Under the pieces are notes generated by a model. It did not search any database. It had not been told where the DNA came from and saw only the letters and a list, made by a program, of their open reading frames with translations. Of a stretch of DNA of 64,000 nt, positions 12,798 through 26,281 are shown in pieces (position 1 is the stretch's first letter; every line of letters begins with the position of its first letter). Position numbers and translations under genes: made by a program. Source of the DNA: Macrostomum lignano (taxonomy: Eukaryota); contig NIVC01001771.1 of the NCBI GenBank assembly GCA_002269645.1, positions 62,001-126,000 of the forward strand, written 5' to 3'.

Positions 12798-13539
12798 CAG
12801 ATTCTTCAGCTAAGCTGCACAAGAGCTCGATTTTGTTGGAACTTGACTTCAATGAGCTTCGATAAACAACTGCAGAACGGCCCCTGGCTTGGCTTTCGGC
12901 TCAATGTTTTCCCTTCCTACGAAACTCGTCTCTCTCCTCTCTCTCTCCTCTTCCGTCTCAAAGATACACACAGAGAAGAGAGAGAGAGAGCAAATCGGTC
13001 CACCAAAGCCTAAGCTGCAGCGGCCCTGAGCTCAACTCCCTGAGCACATATTTGTGCTTTGAGCAGCCGCGAGGCCCCCGTCCCAAGCAAATTCTCCTCC
13101 TACGGAGCTTCCCCTCCTGGCTGAGAGAAGCGCAATTTGCTCAGTTTTCCATTACTAACTACATAAAGAGATCCCTTGGTTGGAAGTATTTAAGGGTCCC
13201 CCCGGGCAGCTCGCGGTGGTCCGGCGATCGGATTCGACCTCGAGCGTTGAAAAAAATCCTGCTTCGTAGAAGAGCGTTTAAGAGATTTTTTAAGAATGAT
13301 TCGAGAACAATGGCCTGGCTGAGATGCATCGCGAATCTGCCATTTTGAGACACCCGCTGGTTCAGGAGTAAGTTGTCTTCTCTTTTGCTCTGCAGCGTAT
13401 TAGAGGCTTCGATTCTTATCTTCGTTGACCTTTTCGTAAACTTTCTATTGGGTGACCGTAAAGAGTTCTTGGTGTGTGACTTACTTCATTCCTTCCTTCA
13501 AATTATTGCAATGAGTGCCAGGGACGAATGTCAGAGGGT

Positions 13540-15046
13540 GTCAAATTGAGTGTCAGAGGGTATCAAATTGAGTGTCAGAGGTGTCAATTGAGTGTCAGAC
13601 AGGGTGAATTGAGTGTCAGAAATGCCGAATTGAGTGTCAGGGGTGTCGAATTGAGAGTCAGAAATGCCGAATTGAGTGTCAGGGGTGTCGAATTGAGAGT
13701 CAGAGATGCCGAATTGAGTGTCAGGGGTGTCGAATTGAGAGTCAGACATGCCGAATTGAGAGTCAGACATGCCGAATTGAGTGTCAGGGGTGTCGAATTG
13801 AGAGTCAGACATGCCGAATTGAGAGTCAGACATGCCGAATTGAGAGTCAGACATGCCGAATTGAGAGTCAGATATGCCGAATTGAGAGTCAGATATGCCG
13901 AATTGAGAGTCAGAGATGCCGAATTGAGAGTCAGAGATGCCGAATTGAGAGTCAGATATGCCGAATTGAGAGTCAGACATGCCGAATTGAGAGTCAGACA
14001 TGCCGAATTGAGAGTCAGACATGCCGAATTGAGAGTCAGATATGCCGAATTGAGAGTCAGATATGCCGAATTGAGAGTCAGAGATGCCGAATTGAGAGTC
14101 AGAGATGCCGAATTGAGAGTCAGATATGCCGAATTGAGAGTCAGAGATGCCGAATTGAGAGTCAGACATGCCGAATTGAGAGTCAGATATGCCGAATTGA
14201 GAGTCAGAGATGCCGAATTGAGAGTCAGATATGCCGAATTGAGTGTCAGAGGTGTCGAATTGAGAGTCAGAGATGCCGAATTGAGTGTCAGGGGTGTCGA
14301 ATTGAGAGTCAGATATGCCGAATTGAGAGTCAGAGATGCCGAATTGAGTGTCAGGGGTGTCGAATTGAGAGTCAGAGATGCCGAATTGAGAGTCAGATAT
14401 GCCGAATTGAGTGTCAGGGGTGTCGAATTGAGAGTCAGATATGCCGAATTGAGAGTCAGAGATGCCGAATTGAGTGTCAGGGGTGTCGAATTGAGAGTCA
14501 GAGATGCCGAATTGAGAGTCAGAGATGCCGAATTGAGAGTCAGATATGCCGAATTGAGAGTCAGACATGCCGAATTGAGAGTCAGACATGCCGAATTGAG
14601 AGTCAGACATGCCGAATTGAGAGTCAGATATGCCGAATTGAGAGTCAGATATGCCGAATTGAGAGTCAGACATGCCGAATTGAGAGTCAGAGATGCCGAA
14701 TTGAGAGTCAGATATGCCGAATTGAGAGTCAGAGATGCCGAATTGAGAGTCAGACATGCCGAATTGAGAGTCAGATATGCCGAATTGAGAGTCAGAGATG
14801 CCGAATTGAGAGTCAGATATGCCGAATTGAGTGTCAGGGGTGTCGAATTGAGAGTCAGAGATGCCGAATTGAGTGTCAGGGGTGTCGAATTGAGAGTCAG
14901 ATATGCCGAATTGAGAGTCAGAGATGCCGAATTGAGTGTCAGGGGTGTCGAATTGAGAGTCAGATATGCCGAATTGAGAGTCAGAGATGCCGAATTGAGA
15001 GTCAGACATGCCGAATTGAGAGTCAGATATGCCGAATTGAGAGTCA
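13540..15046. repeat. 21-bp minisatellite, ~68 regular units
   Basis: GAGTCAGA(A/G/C/T)ATGCCGAATTGA plus a GTGTCAGGGGTGTCGAATTGA variant; open in three ORF-track frames. Confidence 0.97.
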
Positions 15047-15517
15047 GTGGCTCCAAAACGATTTCCAAAATTTCCTGGAGCGATCTACTAGCTATCGCGT
15101 GTTGCAGTCTTTCCTGCGGCAGGGAAGCCAAAGAAGGGTCAATAGGATTGCTGTGTGCACGTGAATCTTGTCAAATTTCGGTGATTTCAGTTCTTCACCG
15201 TAAAATCTGTGACAGCGTCACTGCATTAGGCTTTACAGGTTGTGTGACCCTGTTCCTTAGTGTGACTCTTGCCTTGCCTCATTTAGATTGGAAGTTTGAG
15301 GACTTCGCGGTTTGGTGTGGCCTCGGTTTGATATTACTTTTGTTAGCTTGTCGATATTTAGGGAGAATATAAAATTGAATTTGACTACTTTCAGCCAGTA
15401 AGTAGTATATTTCATTTGTTAAGTATTTTTCAATCAATCAAAGTAACCAACCTCAAAATAAATTTTTTGAGTCCAGGGCGGTTTATCGTAGAATATTCAT
15501 ACAAGCAATTGAGAGGC

Positions 15518-16523
15518 TCTCGGAAGGACCAGAAAGGGATAGCGGCAACCCAGAGAAGGACCAGGAGGGGATAGCGGCGACCCAGAGAAGGACCAGGAGG
15601 GGATAGCGGCTGCCCAGAGAAGGACCAGGAGTGGATAGCGGCTGCCCAGAGAAGGACCAGGAGTGGATAGCGGCGACCCAGAGAAGGACCAGGAGGGGAT
15701 AGCGGCTGCCCAGAGAAGGACCAGGAGTGGATAGCGGCTGCCCAGAGAAGGACCAGGAGGGGATAGCGGCTGCCCAGAGAAGGACCAGGAGGGGATAGCG
15801 GCTGCCCAGAGAAGGACCAGGAGGGGATAGCGGCGGCCCAGAGAAGGACCAGGAGGGGATAGCGGCGGCCCAGAGAAGGACCAGGAGGGGATAGCGGCGG
15901 CCCAGAGAAGGACCAGGAGGGGATAGCGGCGGCCCAGAGAAGGACCAGGAGGGGATAGCGGCGGCCCAGAGAAGACCAGGAGGGGATAGTAGCGACCCAG
16001 AGAAGGACCAGGAGGGGATAGCGGCGGCCCAGAGAAGACCAGGAGGGGATAGTGGTGACCCAGAGAAGGACCAGGAGGGGATAGCGGCGGCCCAGAGAAG
16101 ACCAGGAGGGGATAGTGGCGACCCAGAGAAGGACCAGGAGGGGAGACCAGGAGGGGATAGCGGCGACCCAGAGAAGGACCAGGAGGGGATAGCGGCGACC
16201 CAGAGAAGGACCAGGAGGGGATAGCGGCGACCCAGAGAAGACCAGGAGGGGATAGCGGCGACCCAGAGAAGGACCAGGAGGGGATAGCGGCGACCCAGAG
16301 AAGGACCAGGAGGGGATAGCGGCGACCCAGAGAAGGACCAGGAGGGGATAGCGGCGGCCCAGAGAGAAGGACCAGGAGGGGATAGCGGCGACCCAGAGAA
16401 GGACCAGGAGGGGATAGCGGCGGCCCAGAGAGAAGGACCAGGAGGGGATAGCGGCGACCCAGAGAAGGACCAGGAGGGGATAGCGGCGACCCAGAGAAGG
16501 ACCAGGAGGGGATAGCGGCGACT
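15518..16523. repeat. 31/32-bp minisatellite
   Basis: GAAGGACCAGGAGGGGATAGCGGCGACCCAGA. Confidence 0.95.
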
Positions 16524-17714
16524 CTTTAAACGAATAAAACAATCGCAGAAGGAATGAGGTAAAATTTATATTTTCGCTATTTGTTTAAAAGATTCTGTAG
16601 CCTCAGTACTCGTACCGACCGATCATAACAGAGTGTTAAAAAAATGCGAGCCTTCAAAACTCGCCTTTTGACACATTTTTTGAACGTCAATTATTTATCT
16701 TTCAATCCTTAACTGCATGCGAAGTGATATGAAGGTGAGGATGCAAATCCAAGGCATTCAATCTCGAACAAAACTGGTTTGCAATTCACACTATGCAATA
16801 ACTGTCTCAGTGGACTTTAGGCAGACAAATAAATAAAGACTTTCCATTGTTTCAGTTTGTTTGATATAGCACCTTCGCACCTCTATCAGTTCCATTGCAA
16901 ACCCGAGAAAAGGGAAATTATAATTTAAAAAATTTTTCTCCATGGAATAAAAAAAAATTGTCCCAAAAGTTGGTGAAACTCAAATAAAAAGAAAAATATT
17001 CATTTCGACACATGACACACACTTTCTCTCTCGCGGAATTTTTCGCAACGATTTTGTCACGATTTTTTCGTGAGCAGTCCGTGCGGGGCCGCCTGTCCCA
17101 GCTTTTAGGAGCAGCAACTTCTGGGCAGGGAGGGGTGGGACTGGGGAGTTTTTACCGACTTGCTTCCAGCGAGCGAACGATTCTGCTTTTGCTGCGCCCC
17201 CAAGGAGGCCTAGAACCTGCGTCTGGAGTGACAACTGTAGGTCGATATACAACTATAGGCCGACTGACAGCTGTAGGCCAATATACAACTGTAGGCCGAC
17301 AGCTGTACTAAACTTATGGTCTCAGTTCAAAGCTTAAATCAGCCTTTATAGAGTTGTCGAGTTGTCTAAAAGTGACAGATTTTGGAAAAGTTTTCAATCG
17401 AGGCTTCGGTTCTAGGTCTCCTTGGCTACCCCCGGCCCTGACCCCCCCCGGACCCCCGGACCTCCCGGTCCCATTGTGTGTTTGCTCAAGGCTCTTCCAC
17501 TTTTAATGCCCAGTCATAGCTCGCTCGGCGGCTCTTGTTTGCCCAAGGAGAGTCGGCCGGGGCCGCGCTCGACATGTGATTAAATGCGGGGAAGGGTGGA
17601 TGCGAGACCCGACGGTCGCCCCCCCCCCCGTTGCTCTCTTCCGCTGTTTTTCCCCCTTTTGCCTGCCTGGCAGGTTGCGAAGCGCGGTCGGTGCATTTCT
17701 AGGAAAGCACACAC

Positions 17715-17715
<1 letters not shown>

Positions 17716-17761
<46 letters not shown>

Positions 17762-17773
17762 GAGAGAGAGAGG
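17716..17773. repeat. (GA)n microsatellite
   Basis: Seen directly. Confidence 0.9.
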
Positions 17774-18215
17774 GAGCCAGGCGAAATATTTTCGCAATCC
17801 ATAGCTTAGCGAACTAAGCTGCTAGGCTGCGACTGAACTTGAATGTCTCCGCTGGCCGCCCCTGAGTTCCGCTTTGTCTGTCCGGTCCGAATCTCACCTA
17901 TCTGTGAGTCCGCAGCTCAACCCCCCCCCCAGCCAGACCCCGACTCACTTTCCCTCCCAGCTTAATCCGCTCAGTGAAAAAGCGCGGAAGAAATTGAGAG
18001 AAAGGCCAGAGGGGGTTTTACTAGGCATTGAAAACGCTCTTGAGGGGGTGAAGGGTCGGCCGGGACACCTGTCCGGTTTTTTCAGGCTCGGTGCTTTTTT
18101 CCTTTCTGTCCTGTCTCTAGGGCTCAGGTGCGACACTTGAACCAGGATTTATTATTACTAGCACAGGACAGATAGCTGTTAAGGAAAGGAGGCTCAGATT
18201 GGATAGAATTTCTAT

Positions 18216-18875
<660 letters not shown>

Positions 18876-19518
18876 GAGTCAGGAGTCAGGCATCAAGCAG
18901 GGACCAAGCGGGTTTGGCAACGAAAGCGAGTGAAATGAGGCCATGCATCATCGCTAGCTTCAGCTGCTAGCAATGGCTGAACTTGAGCAGGACTCACTGC
19001 AATGCATCGACCAAAGAGGCCTTGTAATCTAATAAGAGCAGGCATAAGGGCGGGCAGGTTTTGATTAAGTTGGAGGCGCAACGGATGAGTAGGGAGGGTG
19101 GGGCGGGATTTAATATAGATGGCGAGAAGGAGCCGGGAAACTGGGGGCCAGACAGGGCTCATTCGGGAAGCGGTTAATCCCCGAGAAACCAGCTCGGCAG
19201 TCCGGCAGCCAAAGAAGCCGATGGTGAGCCCAGCTTCACTCCTTCATCATCGGTTGCAGGGCAGGGGGGAGAAATGGTTGTTGTTTATACGATCTCGCTT
19301 TCAATTCCGAGCTTCCTCTCTCTGGCGGGTCGGGTGGGAAACTTAACGGCAAATTATGCATGCCAGCCAGCCCGTCAGCGATTCAATCAGTCCCTATCTC
19401 CTTGACCCGCTACACATCGAGCATGTGGCTCAGTATTCGGCAATACTCCATTGGCATGTTGAGCTCTGTTGCTGCATGACATTGCCGCCTGTAGCTCGTA
19501 GATCAGGAGATGAATACA

Positions 19519-19997
19519 GATGAATCTCAAGGGAATCTCAGAAGGGAATTTCAGAAGGGAATCTCAGCAGGGAATCTCAGGAAGGAATCTCAGGGGAATA
19601 TCAGGAGGAAATCTCAGGGGAATATCAGGAGATAATCTCAGGGGAATCTCAGGAGGGAATCTCAGATGAAATGAATTTGAGGGCGAATCTCAGGTACGAA
19701 TCTCAGAGGAGATGAATCTCAGAGGAGACGAATCTCAGAGGAGATGAATCTCAGAGGAGACGAATCTCAGAGGAGATGAATCTCAGGGGAGACGAATCTC
19801 AGAGGGTACGAATCTCAGAGGGTACGAATCTCAGAGGGTACGAATCTCAGAGGAGACGAATCTCAGAGGAGATGAATCTCAGATGAGACGAATCTCAGAG
19901 GAGACAAATCTCAGAGGAGACGAATCTCAGAGGAGACGAATCTCAGAGGAGACGAATCTCAGAGGAGACGAATCTCAGAGGAGACGAATCTCAGAGG
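19519..19997. repeat. 16-bp minisatellite, more degenerate at its left end
   Basis: GAATCTCAGAGGAGA(C/T). Confidence 0.92.
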
Positions 19998-20898
19998 ACG
20001 GATAATCAAACGGACGGACGGATCAAACGGATAAACGTGGAGCAAATTTGGTCCCAGTATGTTCAACTGGCATAGTAAATAATCGAAGTATTTGGCTCTC
20101 AATTTCTCTTTGTCGTTTTTTTTGTTTTTGTTGCCTCCCATAGAGAGAAAAAACCGCGTAACCAGCCGCATAGAAACCGCGCGGAGTGCATGGTGAAAAA
20201 TGGGCCTTTTTAACAACTTTTTGCCTCATCGCTCTCTTAATACGAGCTAATTTTCCCAGCTGTCGCCTGGGTGGTCCGCTCCCATGTGAGCGAGTGATGG
20301 GAACCCAGCATCCGCTCCAGTCCGGAGTGACAGATCTACATCGGTCATTGCTATCCAAAATACACTCATTTTCTCATTTCTATTTTTTCGATGACTGATG
20401 ATAATAATCAAGCCTCATATACAGCCCCACTTTCACTAACCTGTCCTCTTCTGTTTGCAGCCTACTCCCATCTATCGCCCTCTCCCTCGCCCTCTCCCCC
20501 TCTCTCACTCGACCTCTTCCTCACTCTCTCCATCGCTCTCTCCCTCTCTCCCTCTCTCACCCCTCTCTCCCCCCTCTTTCGCATCCTCTCTCCCTATATC
20601 TCCCCCTCTCCCCCTCTCTCCCTCGCTCTCCCTCGTAAAATATCATTTTTCCAAATAATATAGCAGCCATTTCAAGAAGATTGCTATTATATCAGCTCAA
20701 ATAAATAAGCTACTTGAAGTCGGTTCATGCACTAGCAATAGAAAGAGGGTACACAGTAATCGCATATGCATATGGTATGAAGTACGCAGTACCTCAGACC
20801 CGATTCCCTGTGCACCATATATTATTGAGTTCAGCTCCTGGGTGGGGCGGAAACTTAAACTCAAAAATTACTGGATGCCACCGGCTTTGCTGAGGATT

Positions 20899-21639
20899 GC
20901 AACAGGAGTGGCGCTAGCTGGTGAGACAGATGTGACAACAATGGCGCTAGCTGGTGAGACAGATGTGACAACAATGGCGCTAGCTGGTGAGACAGATGTG
21001 ACAACAATGGCGCTAGCTGGTGAGACAGATGTGACAACAATGGCGCTAGCTGGTGAGACAGATGTGACAACAATGGCGCTAGCTGGTGAGACAGATGTGA
21101 CAACAATGGCGCTAGCTGGTGAGACAGATGTGACAACAATGGCGCTAGCTGGTGAGACAGATGTGACAACAATGGCGCTAGCTGGTGAGACAGATGTGAC
21201 AACAATAGCGCTAGCTGGTGAGACAGATGTGACAACAATGGCGCTAGCTGGTGAGACAGATGTGACAACAATGGCGCTAGCTGGTGAGACAGATGTGACA
21301 ACAATGGCGCTAGCTGGTGAGACAGATGTGACAACAATGGCGCTAGCTGGTGAGACAGATGTGACAACAATGGCGCTAGCTGGTGAGACAGATGTGACAA
21401 CAATGGCGCTAGCTGGTGAGACAGGTGTGACAGGAATGGCGCTAGCTGGTGAGACAGGTGTGACAAGAGTGGCGCTAGCTGGTGAGACAGATATGACAAC
21501 AATGGCGCTAGCTGGTGAGACAGGTGTGACAGGAGTGGCGCTAGCTGGTGAGACAGATGTGACAACAATGGCGCTAGCTGGTGAAACAGATGTGACAACA
21601 ATGGCGCTAGTTGGTGAAACAGATGTAACAACAATGGCG
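20899..21639. repeat. 33-bp minisatellite, indel-free, ~22 units
   Basis: ATGGCGCTAGCTGGTGAGACAGATGTGACAACA. Confidence 0.96.
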
Positions 21640-23547
21640 TAAGCTGATAAAATCCTAAAAAGTGTCAAAACTCTAAATGCAGTTATCACAATTTAGCACT
21701 GTGTCAGAAGCTGAGTTCACGTCAAATAAGCCCGAGCAGAACTGGTCGCATTCGTATTTCTGGTAGATAAGCAAAAAAGTCGTCATTTTCAAAGAAACAA
21801 AAGATTGGCATCGCAAAGTAAGATAAGCCAGAGCCTTTGCAATTTACGATATAAATGAAAACAAATGAATTGTATCGCGCAAATTGGCTCAGTGAACCAA
21901 GGCAGTTTAAATTCTGCACACTCAAGGATATTTCTTATCTATCTTATTATATATTATATATAGAACGCTCTCGGAGGTCTTTTAGAAGATGGAAGTTACG
22001 ACAGATCCAGCAATGAGCAACTCCAACCTCCTTATCAGCCGGGCTTATGGTCTATATCGTGAACTCGGCTCAAGCAGCCCCCCCCCCAATGAGTCCTCCG
22101 CCATTGCGCCATTGCTGCCAGGGGCCTTGCGCTGGGGGTTTCTTATCGTAGAAATGGTACAGAGTGGGGGGGGAGTGGCTGAAGGCTGTGCGATACGAGA
22201 GGCTCAGTGGGTGGTGGAGTGGGAGGAACAGATTGAGACTCAGAGAGTGGGTATGAAAGTCAGCAATCGGCCAGATTGTATAAAATATACGCCCACATAT
22301 TAATGCAGTACATGTGCAAGATCAAGAATGCTGTTATTTTCTTTAACTAAGAGGCAATGCAGGCACCAGACCGACCGGCGACCGGCGGTCTGTCTGTCAG
22401 TCAGTCATCTGGAGAAAAGCCAGCTAAATACAATATCAGATACGTTTTAATCGCAGAAATGCTTAGATTTCTTGTACTTTGCAAGCTTGCATGACTCAAT
22501 TGAGCGTGAAAACAGATCAAACCGAACCAAGTGACACAGTGGGGGGGGGCTGCTCCATCAGTTAATCTAGTTAATTGGCTAAAGCTGAGCTGTATGGATG
22601 CTGGACAGATCAAGCAAACCGTAAGGACGCTTCATCACTTTCTACCAGTGCCTCATCCTCTTCCCCAACCCGAAGCCAAAAGCAAAAAAATCGAGTTCTC
22701 AAATTTCACACCCATAGTCGAAACTGACTTTGACGCGGGAGAGAGACGCTGCAGAAAAAGCAGAAATCCACTGCAGAAAAAGCAGAAAGCTGCAGCAGAA
22801 AAATTTCATCAAGCCATTTGTTTTCATGAACTGCTACCGGAGACCGGCAGGCAAGCAAAGTTGCGGCGAGAGTTCAGCTGTCCCTGTCTCTGCAGCGCAT
22901 TGTTTCTCGACCGAAATTTGTCTATGGCGAAAATCCCAATATTCGTAATTTATCCCAGAACTTCCCAAACTGCTCCAGAAAGCCGGTTGTGCAGATCCCA
23001 TGAGCCTAGCAGCTCTCTATGGGAATATTGAATTGACAGATGAGGCCTTAGCAGGATGCTCAGGATGAGAGCAAACACAGTAGGTAGGTAGGCGCTGCAT
23101 CCTCCATCCTCCATTTCTCCATTTGTTTGTCCGGAACCCCCTGCAGCGCGCGCCGTCTCCCATAGCAGCAGCGAAAGCAAACGTTTTATCGCGTGTACCA
23201 TGGCCTGCCTGAAAATCTGGCTCATGCAGCATAGCATGCCTCAGTCAGCAAACTGCAGTGAGCTGGATGTCTGCTCAGAATTCTGCTCTCTGAATCGAGA
23301 GAAAACGTTACTCTTCCGGTAGATGATGTGAATTCACTTAGCATTATGTGAAAGTGGGATTAATAACTCCAGGAGGGCTGCGGGCACCATGGCGCAACGC
23401 CTTCTGCCCATTCCGCTGGCTCCTGAGCACATGCAAGCGCACCAATGCTGTACGCTCACACAGGGTGCACAGCGGCCCTGACTTTCCAATCGTCAGGCAT
23501 GTACAGTCTCCGTGCCTTGGGGGCTGGCCCTCATGGACCCAATTTAA

Positions 23548-23630
23548 TGCGTTTGCGCAGGGAATCGAACCAGGGTTCGTGGTACGAGATTCAGACGCAT
23601 TTTCAGATTGTCCGGTCCCGGTACCAATGC
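23548..23630 (-). other. tRNA-Gly-like relic or tRNA-derived SINE head
   Basis: Minus strand reads GCATTGGT...GAATCTCGTACCACG...GGTTCGATTCCC (B box at 23560-23571); no intact cloverleaf. Confidence 0.3.
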
Positions 23631-24670
23631 GCCAAAAAATGTTATCAATTTTGAGCAATTAACTGCTTCAGATTGCCTTTAGAAAGAAAACTGCTTTCAG
23701 GCTTCATGTCAGTCTGACATCCCCTTTACCTCGTGGGGGGTCCCCGCCATCTGTCTGTCCCGCTTTTATTTTTACCTGAGCTCGCCAGCTTGCTTAAACA
23801 CTTTCTCCTTCATCTCAGCCCCTGCCGCCTGTCTCATGCGCCATGGGAGCTCGGGTTTTTGAGTTGTTGACTCAAGACTTTCACCGCCGGCCCGGCCCCG
23901 ACCCCGGGGCCCCTTGTCCCGCCGACACGGCCGACAACTCAAAGTTGTTTGCCGAGGGTTGGGGCGGGCGGGGGGAGCTGTGGAGTGCCCTGCCCGCGTG
24001 TGAGTCCGCCTTGGCGAGGCCCCGGGTTGAACAAACTTTCATCATTTCCTTAGAATAGCGGAGCGCGCTGTGGGGGGGGGGGGCTGGCGGTGAAATGAGC
24101 AAACAAATGCGCAGGCGGCCCCACTGGAGTGCAGGGTAAAGCGCTTCGGGAACGGATGATGCAAAGGTAAAAAGAAGGGCTTAGGCCCAAAGACGGAGCA
24201 AGACTTTGCTTCAATTCTCTCGTATTTTCACTTAAAACCGACTTGCCCAGATGCTTGTCCGTGAGCGCCATTTATCTTGAGCTCGTTATACTTAAGTCTA
24301 TACTTTAAATTCCAGTGTAAGAAAGGTTGCTCTCTTGAGTCTCTTCGATGGACGTTAAAACCGAAGCCTCCCCACCTACCCTTATACCTGTTTGTTTTCA
24401 TTGAAAGCAATTGAGCGTGGCAGAGACAGTGCTGTGTTGTGGCGGGGGTGGCAGGCGGACAGACGGTTAGACAAAAAAAGAGATTTCGACAACCTTAATT
24501 CGATTGGGGAAGCGGCGGGAGGGATAAGAAAAAGGGACGACCACCCACAGGTTTTGAGAGGCGCCGCGTTTAAAAATAGGCTCAGCCAGCGCCTTTGGAT
24601 CGGTTCATTGTTTGTTTAAGACTCTGTAGCATAGCCCCTCTGCGGTATCTGAGGCTGTCAGACCCGTTTA

Positions 24671-24671
<1 letters not shown>

Positions 24672-24757
<86 letters not shown>
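24672..24757. repeat. (GA)n microsatellite
   Basis: Seen directly. Confidence 0.95.
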
Positions 24758-24759
<2 letters not shown>

Positions 24760-25250
24760 TCCATTTCGTCACGCAGAACTGAAGCCAGGGGACCCGTCTA
24801 TTGTTGTCCAGTTCGGGGAGTGAAAGCAGCCCAGCCGCCCGCACAATGGGCAAGGCTGCGTTGCCGCAGGTTGTTTTGGTAGTAGCGCTCGCTTGCGCCC
24901 TCATCAGAGGCCGCGCGCAACACACACGGGGGCTGCATGGCCCGCGCGCCGCAGAACCGCCCATATTTTTACACGCCTGAAGTTTAATATATTTATGAGC
25001 CGTCGTTTTTGTTGCTAAATTTGACAGCAGGTTCAATTCTATAATTAAACGCTCGTATTTAGATAGAGATACAGCTGCTCTCAATGTATGAGTTGATGAA
25101 GCACTGACTCATTGTGAAAACACGAAAAAATCTGAGAGAGTCTCTGCTAAAAAGTGCAGCAGGGTCCAGCACTATTTTAAACTAAAAACTTGAACAACCA
25201 AAAATTTCATGTGGTATAAAATACACGGTGGATGCCTTGAAGTTTAGTCA

Positions 25251-25812
25251 GTTTAGGGTTTGTGAAGTTCACTCAGGGTTTGTGAAGTTCACTTAGGGTT
25301 TGTGAAGTTCACTCAGGGTTTGTGAAGTTCACTCAGGGTTTGTGAAGTTCACCCAGGGTTTGTGAAGTTCACTCAGGGTTTGTGAAGTTCACTCAGGGTT
25401 TGTGAAGTTCACCCAGGGTTTGTGAAGTTCACCCAGGGTTTGTAAAGTTCATTTCAGGGTTTACGAAGTTAATTCAGGGTTTGTGAAGTTTCTTCAGGGT
25501 TTGTAAAGTTCATTCGGGGTTTGTGAAGTTTCTTCAGGGTTTGTGAAGTTTCTTCAGGGTTTGTAAAGTTCATTTCAGGGTTTGTGAAGTTCATTCAGGG
25601 TTTGTGAAGTTCATTCGGGGTTTGTGAAGTTCATTCAGGGTTTGTAAAGTTCATTCGGGGTTTGTGAAGTTTCTTCAGGGTTTGTGAAGTTTCTTCAGGG
25701 TTTGTAAAGTTCATTTCAGGGTTTGTGAAGTTCATTCAGGGTTTGTGAAGTTCATTCAGGGTTCGTGAGGTTCATTCAGGGTTCGTGAAGTCCCCATCAG
25801 GGTTTGTAAAGT
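25251..25812. repeat. 20-bp minisatellite with telomere-like hexamer variants
   Basis: (TC/TT/CC)AGGGTTTGTGAAGTTCAC. Confidence 0.92.
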
Positions 25813-26281
25813 TTTGGTTTTGCGATACCCTCGCTGAAAATATGCGACATTTAATTGTTAAATCCAATTATTTCAATAAGCAACATACTCTTAGCTCATG
25901 ACAGTTAATAAATATATTGACTAAAATTGGTCTTCTTCTTTGAACATTGCAGACACTTGAAGAGGCCTCGGTGACCTAGTGGCTCGCGAGATTGACCTAT
26001 GACTATTTTGTCTTTTTGATATGTAACTAAATATTGTTGTCTTTTTTGCCAATCTAAATTTGGCTCCTGCAGCAGGTTGTACAAATACACGCAGTGACGC
26101 ATTTTTGTAGTTTAATAACGCATTTATGCTCTTCAATTTTTAGTGACTCAAGTTGTCTACTTAATTCTACTTAATTAGATCCATTAGTCTAATCAATTTT
26201 TGTTACTGAGCCTTTGGTTTTAACTTATAACTTATAAGTACATCTAAATGCTTTAAGTAGACCCCTTACACCGACACTTAA

